Positions 53,351 through 64,000 of a DNA stretch of 64,000 bases are shown piece by piece. Numbering within the stretch: the stretch's first letter is position 1; each line of letters starts with the position of its first letter. The position numbers and the translations under genes were made by a program. Origin of the DNA: Eledone cirrhosa (lineage: Eukaryota); NCBI GenBank assembly GCA_964016885.1, contig OZ024742.1, positions 50,902,001-50,966,000 on the forward strand. Reading direction: 5' to 3'. The notes under the pieces are model-generated. The model had not been told where the DNA came from and searched no databases. It was given only the letters and a program-made list of their open reading frames with translations.

Positions 53351-54309
53351 TATCCACTCAGTCTTCAACGCAAGTTCTCTTATCGTGTGGTCTTGGATTG
53401 TCTTACCTTAAGTTGCTCGCACATTGAGCGGTTTGTTGTTGTTTTTTTCGCTGTTTTTTCATTGTTTTCTCTTTTCATCCCTTTTGTTTTCCTTCCCTGC
53501 CCCTCCCTCCTCCGTTTTCCTAATAACTTATCCAGTTCTTGACGCCCTGGGCAGTAGATATCTTCTCTTTAAAGCATAGAAATATCCGAAACCCCCAGTA
53601 GACAACTGATGAGGAAAACTCCATTTTAAGATATATATATACATATGTGTGCGTCTCTGTGTCTGTTTGCGTGTGTGTATGCAGGTTGCATGTGTATGAG
53701 TTTGTGTCTAATCGTTTTTAGGGAAAGAAACTAAATATCATACATAAATATCTATGGTAATATTGTTATACAAGTTACATGTAAGATTTCAGTAAATAGT
53801 AATTGAAAACTGAATCCAATCCGATATACTTAGTAGCACCGATCGAGAAACAAATTAGAAATTTAAAACCAGAGATTGGTGATAGTGAAAATGCGTTATA
53901 ATTATTCGTTCATATGAATATCCCATAACAACTTATATGTAAATATCGAAAATCTGTCTACGGATTTTCAATATTAAATTTTATAGGTAAACGGAACATT
54001 CGTAGAAACTGATACATACACACATACAAACACAGACATGCACATACTTGCATACATGATGACTTACCCTCGTTATCGAGTATGGCCATTGCACGATATA
54101 CCTTTATTAATAATTATTAATTAATGCTATCGTGCAATGGCTATGTGTGAAGTTATTTTTTAAAGTGAGAAAGACTGTGCACTGAGCCAAACCCACTCTC
54201 TGAGCGACAGTAGCTATATCTTGAAAAGAAGAAAATATCAACATCATCGGTAACTACTGAGCCGCAGGTTTTATATCGGAGATATCCCAGTTAACTGAGT
54301 TGCCTTCTC

Positions 54310-54562
54310 CTAGAAGAATGCCCTGACAAAGGCTAGCAGTCCTTCACTCCCGGTTGTTAAACCACGCGGTACATGTGTATATATATATTTACAGACAATT
54401 GGATGCCCGTAGACTCTTGTTTTTTTGTCCTGCAGGGTGTCCCAAATCACCCTCGTCACCAAGTAACCTTGGTGTGGTTGCCAGTTTAGACGCCGACGAC
54501 CCGACCGTGCGACAAATTGTACTGGGTTACATGTTACCAGTATCACTCAAGAGTGACCCGAC
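54310..54562 (-). mobile_element. 5' part of an RTE-like element related to 46902-47515
   Basis: Shares the tactggtaacatgta.cccagtacaa...ggtcgggtcg...ctaaactggcaacc block. Confidence 0.6.
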
Positions 54563-54638
54563 ATACAGATATAAATACATATATACATACATATATACAT
54601 ACATATATATATATATATATATATGCATATATATATAC

Positions 54639-54717
<79 letters not shown>

Positions 54718-54749
54718 CATACATATATATACATTACATATATATACAT

Positions 54750-54800
<51 letters not shown>

Positions 54801-54802
<2 letters not shown>

Positions 54803-57263
54803 AAGGCGGGTAAAATTCCCGAGAGCCATGGACGAGTTCTCTCCAGCGGTCTCTGTCCCTCATTATCGCTGCCATATCCTGCATCTCCAACAGACCAGTG
54901 TCTGTCCTTAGGGCATCAACATATGTTAACCTTGGTCTTCCTCTTCTAGTGTGTCCATGTAGGGGCTCCCAAAGGAGCACTGAGTGCAATGTCAACTCTG
55001 GATGTCGGTGAGCATGTCCAGCCAACCTCAGTCTCCTCTGTGTCAATTTTGAGCTGACTTTTGGGATGCTCCCATACAGCTCTGAGTTTTTCATCCTCAG
55101 TGTATACTGATTAATGTTCAGAGCCATCCTCAGCATTCTCGTGTAGCACCCATCCACCATCTGAGTGAGTCTCTTGGTCAGTCTCCAAGTCTCAGACCCA
55201 TACAGCAGCACAGACTCCACTACAGCAATGAAGAGGCAGATTTTCAAGTCTCTACGAAGGTCCGACTTCCACACCGATCTCAAGCTGTGACACGCCGCCC
55301 AGGCCTTGCTCTTCCTCTCAACCACATCATCTTCCGTATTCCCAATCTTTGCTCCCAAATACAGGAAGTCCTCAACCAATTCCAGCGGCTTCCCGCCTAC
55401 ATTAGTGATCCCCTCTGGCTTCTCAACATTCTCTAACAGATATTTTGTTTTAGTCTCATTCATTCTCAACCCCACACTCATCGACACAGTCTCAACCTCC
55501 CGCATCAAATCCTCTGCCTCCTTCACTGTATTTGTCACCAAAACTATGTCGTCGGCAAATTCAGCATCCGATACCTTTTTCGCCCTAACCCTCCTGCTCT
55601 GAGCCGGTGCTACAGTAAAGCCAGTGTCCTGGTGTTTCTCCAGTGCAAGGCGCATACAATAGTCCACTACGATGATAAAAAGGTAGGGAGCCAATGTATC
55701 TCCCTGGAGCACTCCAGCCAGTATCTCAAAGAACTCTGTCATCCCATCAGGTGTAATGACTTGGGCTTTGGTGTTGGTGTAGAGCAGTTATATCAGGTCC
55801 ACTATCCTCTTGGCGATTCCATAAGCCTGTAAGATCTTCATCAGGCAGTAACGGTCCACAGAATCAAAGGCCTTCCTAAAGTCAATGAAAACAATGACCG
55901 CAGGAAGGCACTTTGCTCTAGCTCCCTCTAATATCCTCCTCAGCATCAGGATGTGACTGGTGGTTGATCTACCCTCTCTGAAGCCGTTCTGGTTGTCCCT
56001 GAGCTTCTTCTCCATCTCAGGCTGGATCCTGTTAAGAATCATCCTGTTGAGGGTCTTTGCCACAAGTGACGTCAGTGAGATCCCCCGGTAGTTGTTGGTG
56101 TTAGAGAGATCTCCCTTCTTTGGCACTGGGACGATGTTACTGATCCTCCACTGATTCGGGGCAACTCCTTTCTCCAGTGCCCCGTTACAGAACCCCAGGA
56201 TGATATAATCAAAATCACACCTCTTCATCACCTCTGATGCCACTCCATCTTCTCCATGAGCCTTGCCCTCCGTGATCTTCTTCTTGGCTCTCTGAAGCAC
56301 CTCTCTGGTGAAGGGCTCTGTCTCAACATCCAGTTCCTCAAACAGCCGCCTGATCTCCCCAGTGTTCTGGGCTGTGGAGGGTGGCTCTCCTAGTAGGGTC
56401 CTAAAATGGTCTAGCCATTTCCTCTTCCTATCCTCGGGCCCCGTTCCCTGGATCTGACTCGAACACCTTTTCTTCCTCCCTGTGATCTCGTTGATGATCA
56501 TCCAGCTCTCCTTACATCCAGATCTATCAACCGCTCTCTCCACACTTCTGATCTTCTCTATCAGTGCCTCCTCTCTGACCTCAGTGTAAGCTGTACAGAG
56601 CTCTTCCCTCATCACCTCCACAGTCTCCATCCTCTCCTCCGTAGGATCAGCATAGAATTGGTCCCTGGCAGCTTTCAGGTATTCTCTGGCTGCACACACT
56701 TTTGGGTTTGCAGAGCTGACGTGCTTCCCTTTGTTCTTTTTCCTCGGCACCAAGGATTCACTTGCTTTCGCCACTGCATTGGTGAAGTGCCCGTACCTCC
56801 TCGTCACACTCTCCTCAGTCCATCCAATCTCTCTCTCCTCTGATTCTCCACACAGAGCACTAAACCTGTTTCTCACTTCCACTGTGAACCTCTCCTGTAG
56901 CTTATCATCTTCCTTGAAAGCTCCCCAGTCATAGATTGTTCTCCGGGGCTGAGCCTTGCTCTTTCTTAAGCTCACGCGGACCTCACTCATAACAAGCCGG
57001 TGGTCACTACCCAGTGTACTGAAATAGCAGTATGGTTCCGTGTTCAGAACACTATTCCGCCACTTTTTCCTCACCAGAATGAAATCAATCTGGGACTTGG
57101 ACAGGTGCATATCTGAGATGTTGGTCCAAATCTTCCCCAGATTCTTCCTAAACCTTAGGTTGGTCGCCATCAAGTTCGCCTCAAGTCTTCCATTTCGGTT
57201 GGTGTTGTTATGGAAGTACCGGCAAGGATCTTCACTGCCCTCCTTACTCAGATGTGCATTGAA
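54801..57263 (-). mobile_element. Young 5'-truncated RTE/RTE-X-like LINE (APE C-terminal part plus complete RT), one frameshift near 55790
   Basis: FNAH, IDFILV, SDHRLV, VPKKGD..NYRGISL, NQNGFR, FIDFRKAFDSV, GVLQGDTLAPYLF, EFADD, FLYLG and LYGSETW motifs. Both ends lie in (TA)n. Confidence 0.93.
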
Positions 57264-57320
<57 letters not shown>

Positions 57321-57455
57321 CAAAACGGCGCGTCATATACATATTTATATATTAATTTATTTGCTCTACGGTTCTTATATATTTGATATATATTTATTCT
57401 TATCGAGCCCTCTTTGGACGTCTGTCTTCAATTTTATTATTATTACTATATATAC

Positions 57456-58848
57456 ATATAAGTATGTATACGTAAATACACATATGTATACAGACGTACA
57501 GTAGTATGTATATATATATATATACATACATGCACACATATATATATCTACGTATGGGTTCACCAAAAAAGTATTATAATGCTCGGTGTGTTTGTAAACA
57601 AACATCCCGTATTAAGCAGTAGTGTCTAGCAACCACCGTTGCTCGTTTGTTCAACACTGACAAAGGAACGCTGTACTAGTTTTAAACGTTTTAGCTATCG
57701 TCCGCAACGTATACCTTCCTGTCAGATAGTTGAACGTCCGAAAGTATATATTTTCCTTATGCATATTAACGGCTGAGTAGCCCAATTTGCATGTTGAGTG
57801 GGTTAATCGGCCGGGTGCACCGAAAACGTTAAACGGAAAAAATGAAACGAAATTTCATTTCCCACTCTTAGTACGGCTGTTACTTAAATATAAGTATGTA
57901 TACGTACATATACATATGTATACAAACATACAGTAGTATGTATATATATACATAGAAGTACACATATATATATGTACGTATGGATTCACCAAACATTTAT
58001 TATAATGCTCGGTGTGTTTGTAAACAAACATCCCGTATTAAACCGTAGTGTCTAGCAACCACCGTTCCTCGTTTATTCAACACTGACAAAGGAACACTGT
58101 ACTAGTTTCAAGTTTGTTAGCTATCGTCAGCAACATATACCTTCCTGCCAGATAGTTGAACGTCAGAAAGTATATACTTTCCTTTTGCATATTAACGGCT
58201 GAGTAGCCAATTTGTTTACAAACACACCGAGACTTATAGTGAATGTTTGGTGAATCCATACGTACATATATATATATGTGTGCATGTATGTATATATATA
58301 TATATACATACTACTGTACGTCTTTATACATATGTGTATGTACGTATACATACTTATATTTAAGTAACAGCCGTACTAATTGTAGGAAATGAAATTTCGT
58401 TTCATGTTTTTCCGTTTATCGTGTTCGGTACACCCGAACGATTAACCCACTCAATATGCAAATTGGGCTACTCAGCTGTTAATATGCATACGGAAAGTAT
58501 ATACTTCCGGACGTTCAACTATCTGGCAGGAAGGTATACGTTGCTGACGATAGCTAACAAGCTTGAAACTTGTACAGCGTTCCTTTGTCAGTGTTGAACA
58601 AACGAACAACGGTGGTTGCTAGACACTGTACGGCTTAATACGGGATATTTGTTTACAAACACACCGAGCATTATAATAAATGTTTGTTGAATCCATACGT
58701 ACATATATATATGTTTGCATGTATGTATATATATATATATACATACTACTGTACGTCTGTATACATATGTGTATGTACGTATACATACTTATATTTAAGG
58801 AACAGCCGTACTAAGATTGGGAAATGAAATTTCGTTTAATTGTTTCCG

Positions 58849-58851
<3 letters not shown>
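57456..58851. mobile_element. Diverged sister retrozyme array (~430-bp unit), ~1.7 units plus ~1.5 inverted units
   Basis: Colinear with the 466-bp unit. HHRs at about 57668-57710 (minus, mutated), 58095-58135 (minus) and 58538-58580 (plus). Inversion at about 58210. Confidence 0.82.
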
Positions 58852-58936
<85 letters not shown>

Positions 58937-59398
58937 CATACATACATACATACCTACATACATACATGCATACATACATACACACACACACGCACACACA
59001 CACACGATGGCTAAGTAGCGAAACTCATTACTCTGGCGTTTCACATCCGCACGCAAAGGTTCATCAGCTGAGTTTTACTCTGTATTTACTAGGTATTGAG
59101 TACTCTTTCATGTTCGTCAATAATTCAAGTATATTTATATACTTTTTTTACTCTTTTACTCAATTACCTGTTCCAGCCATCTGGCTGAGATCATGCTAGG
59201 GCACCGCCCTTATATTTATATATATATATATATGTATATCGGATAACAAGTTATTGTTATAGGTAATCCAGTTAGAGGTTGTGGGTACTCTGCGTCGTGG
59301 ATAGTTTTAACGTAGGGCTTTGTTTGATTCAACACGATGCTTCCATAGTTATGCAGCGAGTTCGCAGTAATTTCTATGCAGGTTATACTTTGAGTAAT

Positions 59399-59869
59399 AA
59401 TAGTTAAAGAATGAAGAGTAACATGGTTGGCTGTACAATAAGGGCTTTATTTAAAGTACTGACAATTGTTTCGTCGATCAGGTGAGTCTAGAGTTCGCTA
59501 ATCGCTTGAGGTTGCGTTATTCGATCTCCAATACATTATTTACCTCCGAGTTCAAATCCCGCCGAGGTTGTCTTTGCCTTTCACCCTTACGAGGTCAATA
59601 AAATAAAGTACCAGTAATTTACTGGATAATTGCTGGCCTTGTGCCTAAAGTAGAAACAATTATTTACCTCTGGTCAACACATCAGAGTACGTAGATATCT
59701 ACGTACTCTGATGTGTTGACCAGAGAAAAATAATGTATCGGAGATCGAATGATGCAACCTCAAGCGATTAGCGAACTCTAGACTTACCTGATCAACGAAA
59801 CAATTGTCAGTACTTTAAATATAGCTCTTATTGCCCAGCCAACCATATTACTCTTCATTCTTTAACTAT
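59399..59869. mobile_element. Fold-back element with HHR (59703-59813 plus; mirror 59456-59690 interrupted by a SINE)
   Basis: Perfect centre gtacgtagatatctacgtac. Motif gtact-CTGATGT-gttgaccag...ctgatcaac-GAAA-caattg-TC-agtac. Confidence 0.8.
59547..59658 (+). mobile_element. 5'-truncated SINE with 12-bp target-site duplication
   Basis: attatttacctc at 59535-59546 and 59659-59670. The SINE is absent from the mirror arm. Confidence 0.88.
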
Positions 59870-60042
59870 ATATATATATATATATAAATAATGAATAATA
59901 ACAGGTAGACATAAAGTTTCTTCAACAATTCTTCCATAACTCGTAGAGTAACCTCTCACCGTACGTCAACCATATCCAGTGTAGTAATTAACCATTACTA
60001 CATCTAGGATAATCCTATACCTAATATATATATATTTTATAT

Positions 60043-60612
60043 GGTGGGTGCCAACTCGTTTTCGAGTACCGCTACTACTTTATATCCAAGTAAGAGAACT
60101 CCTACCGATGCGCTGAACGAGTGTGACTTTTTTAGTCCAGCCAGCGACTTGAACACTCTGGTACAAACACTGCACTTGTGACAATTATTGATACATAGTG
60201 CTGGGCCCATGGTACCATGTGACTACAAGTGCAGAGATATCTCCAGATATAAGGCAATGCCTGTGCCGTGAAGCTGCACAAAACAGTCCCACTCTCTTAA
60301 CCAAGATGATATTTACCAAAAAGAAGAACAAGTCAACATCATTGTTGCAGGTGTTATATCAGAATTTTGTTTCTCCCAGAATTCTGCCTTGAGAAAGGCT
60401 AAGAGGTCATCTCTCCCGGTGATTTTGGATGGTCATTGACTCTTAAGAGCTCCTTTGCCCTTTGACAGGTTTTGTTTTTAGGCCTGCAGGATGTCCAAAG
60501 ACACCCTCCTCACCAGAAAACCTTGGTGGGGTTCCCAGTTTAGTCGCCAACGACCATGAGACAGGTTGTACTGGGATACATGTTACCAGTAGCACCAACT
60601 GGTGACCTGACA
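60043..60612 (-). mobile_element. Second copy of the non-autonomous RTE-like element
   Basis: Reverse complement of 46902-47515 with small deletions. Confidence 0.7.
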
Positions 60613-60640
60613 TAGATATGAGAAAATTTAACGATGTTCA

Positions 60641-60704
<64 letters not shown>

Positions 60705-60945
60705 CGTATGTATATATATATATACATACATATACGTATATATGTATATATATATATATATATACATATGAGTGAACATCATTAAATTTTCTCCCTCATA
60801 TCAAAAATTTTAAGACAATTCATTTTCACTTGACGAGATAAGTGATAATCGATCATGGCCACACGATCGATCTATCTCTTATTGAAACATGTGTCGTGAT
60901 TAAAATGATTGGAAATATATACGATGCCTTCGGATCTTTATTTTG

Positions 60946-61011
<66 letters not shown>

Positions 61012-61366
61012 GTGTGTTTCTGTATGTGTTTGTGTGCCTGTATGTGTGTGTGCGTATACTTATACACACATGTGTCTGTGTGTGGTGGATGTTTCTATAC
61101 CTGTGGATATATGAGTATGCAAATATCACCTAGAATCTTCCACTACATCTATAGCTAAGTAATTATTTCTTTAGGAGAACAATTTTAGTAGCGTGATTCA
61201 GATAGGATGAAATTATACATTTCTAATGAAAGAAATTCCACAGTAATTATGTTCAGAAAGCATGATTTGCAGAATACTATTGGGTTTGATTCAGTTGAAA
61301 CAAATTACGTGTTTGATATCAAGTAAATAGTATGAAATAGCATTGGTCGTATATATACACATACAA

Positions 61367-61507
<141 letters not shown>

Positions 61508-61525
61508 TGTGTGTGCGTATGTATG

Positions 61526-61611
<86 letters not shown>

Positions 61612-61621
61612 CGTATGTATG

Positions 61622-61665
<44 letters not shown>

Positions 61666-61721
61666 AAAGAATAGTGGTGTAACACACAAGTTATGATATA
61701 TTGGTAAATGGAAAAGAAAAG

Positions 61722-61888
61722 GCTGACAAATTGTTCACAGTGAAAAATAGTTTAATCAGGGATAAGTGAGAATTAGTAATAGTATTGGTTAGTATTCAGT
61801 TTTGGTTTTAAGTTTTACCGGTTGCGCATTTCTAATGCTTTTCAAAAATAATTTTGAGATAGAGCCTCCGTGATGTTTGCTCTGAGCT
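61722..61888 (-). repeat. Dispersed repeat, inverted homolog of 48180-48360
   Basis: Shared cagagcaaac...ctctatctcaaaattatttttgaaaagcatt.gaaatgcgcaaccggtaaaa...ctgtgaacaatttgtcagc. Confidence 0.75.
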
Positions 61889-62213
61889 GATTAGTTTTGT
61901 GATTTCTACCTGTTTTTATGTGAATAAAGTGGCTCCAGCGTTATTAAAATAAGTTTCGCGCCAATTCGTGTAGCCAAAATTATTGCGGTCAAAACAATTT
62001 TGAATGGTCGGTAGAGGTCATGTAAATGTTAAAAATTGATTTTGCGCCAAATGTAGGTTTGTGTCGGCTGATTGAGAAGTCACTGAAAAATAAGTCTTTC
62101 AAAACAAATATGTGTGTGTGTAGTAGTAGTAAATAGGTTTGTTGTTGTGATAATGGTCAGCAGGGATGTGTGTGCGTACCGCAGCCTGTTGACAGTTCAA
62201 ATGCCTATTTAGA

Positions 62214-62276
<63 letters not shown>

Positions 62277-62799
62277 GTGTGTGTGTGTGTGTGTATGTCT
62301 CTTTGTATGTTAATGTACGCGTGTGTATGTGTGTGTGTATATATATGTGTGTATGTGTGTGTGTGGGTGGGTGGACCAGTATTTATTTCTGGTAAAATGG
62401 TGTACATTATTCGATATTTTCAGTCAAAACGATTCTCTCAATAGAACACCAAAAACCTTAATAATAAAAGGTGTGAAATGATATATAGTATTGGCATAAC
62501 AAGGTGTGTGTAAGTGTCCAGATTGTACGTACTGCAAGGGGAATCAATTAGACCTTGCCGTATTGGAATACTTGTGTACACATATGTATGTGCCCATCAG
62601 TGTGCAATGCATGTGTGCGTTTATGTATGTGTGTGTCGGGACGTTTATATCTATAGACATCAAAAGGTATGCAAATTTGTGTATATTTGTGTTGCACCAT
62701 AGAACATATGTGTTTACGTATGTCATTGTGTTTATATATGGATAGAGATGTATGCTTATGTAGGTATGTATGTTGACGTGTGTATGTTGTGGGTTCGTC

Positions 62800-63430
62800 T
62801 TAGGGAGAAGTGTTTGGACGGGGTCCTTATTTGTTAATAAAGTAAAATTCCTTGCTGAAGAGCTGGGTGTGGGTGGCATTACCTTTAAATTTGTAGAGGG
62901 GAAAGTTTCTAAAGTTGGGATGATTTTGGGCGGCACGGGTATCAATGTGTTCACTCAGTGGTATTTTCCTGTATTCCCGTATTTTAATTTGGGATCTATG
63001 GACAGTCATGCGTTGGCGGAGGCTGTATTGGTCTGGCCTATGTATTATTCTCGACAACCTGAGCAAGTTAATACATATATTAGATCTTCTGATGCGCATG
63101 TGAAATTGTGTTTTACTATAAAACGTTGTCCTTCTTTGAAATAGAATTCCGAACCCTCTATTAGGTTGATGCATATGCCACATTTGGGTCTATCGCATTT
63201 TTTTTACTGTGGGTTTCGTTGTTGTGCTTGGCAGTACTTTGGCATGTGTTAGGATGTTTTTCATTGACTTAGATTGTCTTTTGCTCTTTATGATATCGTG
63301 TGTTCGTAGTATTTGGTTCATTCTATGGTCATTTTTCAACACAGGGATGTTCTGGAGGATGGTGTCAAAGGCCTCATTGTTGAGGGGGGGGGGAGATGTA
63401 TGGAAGAGCTTTTAGTTTCGGTTGATTTAC
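62800..63430 (-). mobile_element. PLE fragment with Neptune-like GIY-YIG endonuclease
   Basis: Minus strand reads KKCDRPKCGIC...FTCASEDLIYVLTCSGC..YIGQT, then (frameshifted) LRQRMTVHR...PLSEH...KEFYFI. Confidence 0.78.
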
Positions 63431-63519
63431 TTTAGGGTGTCTAAGGTCCTGGGTACTGAGTTTTAGGGCACGTTGGATTCCATTGTCAATTAGTGATGCA
63501 GGGTAGTCTCTGCCTATGA

Positions 63520-63565
<46 letters not shown>

Positions 63566-64000
63566 CTATATATATATACATATATACTTCATTATTTTTC
63601 TTATTGATATCTCTATTCATAGTTGTACTGTTATTTATAATAATGGTGTTGTTAATATGAAAACGTATCTTCAATTATTCTTTACATAACTTTAACTGCA
63701 CTGTCTGTCTTTCTTTAATTGTTGCATCTATACGTTTATATGTGTGTATTTTCTAATTTGGATGTTAGTGAGAGATTGAATTACATAATCGGGCTGCTTC
63801 TGTGGTTTCACATGCCTTTTGTTGATAACATATTTCTTTTATTGTTGTGATTTTTCATTGTGATAGCAGATTTTATATCAAAATCAACTAATTTACGCCC
63901 ACATATTGAACTAATGGTTGTCATGCGTTTACTTAATTTAATCAGACATGATGTTGTGCATTTATATCAACATTTGACATTCTCGGGTTGGGAAAATTCA

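Overview
Eukaryotic, AT-rich, repeat-dominated DNA with a 200-N gap at 41363-41562. The SINE and microsatellite style suggests an octopod or other mollusc, which is an inference only. No complete host gene is recognisable, only a few candidate small minus-strand exons at 6.9-11.9 kb. The window holds decayed non-LTR retrotransposons (L1/Tx1, R4/Dong, RTE, CRE-like), tRNA-derived SINEs, four Penelope-like element (PLE) remnants with GIY-YIG domains, and long (TA)n tracts. The main result is RNA-level and invisible in the ORF track. A 466-bp tandem array (50187-53013) carries one minimal type I hammerhead ribozyme (HHR) per unit on the minus strand, which is the layout of a non-LTR retrozyme. 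A diverged sister array at 57456-58851 shows structure-preserving changes. About 20 HHR motifs (intact or degenerate) of several unrelated families occur in the window. Most sit in fold-back (inverted) insertions pointing outward into (TA)n, the same geometry as the coding PLEs. All folds were read by eye and no activity is demonstrated.
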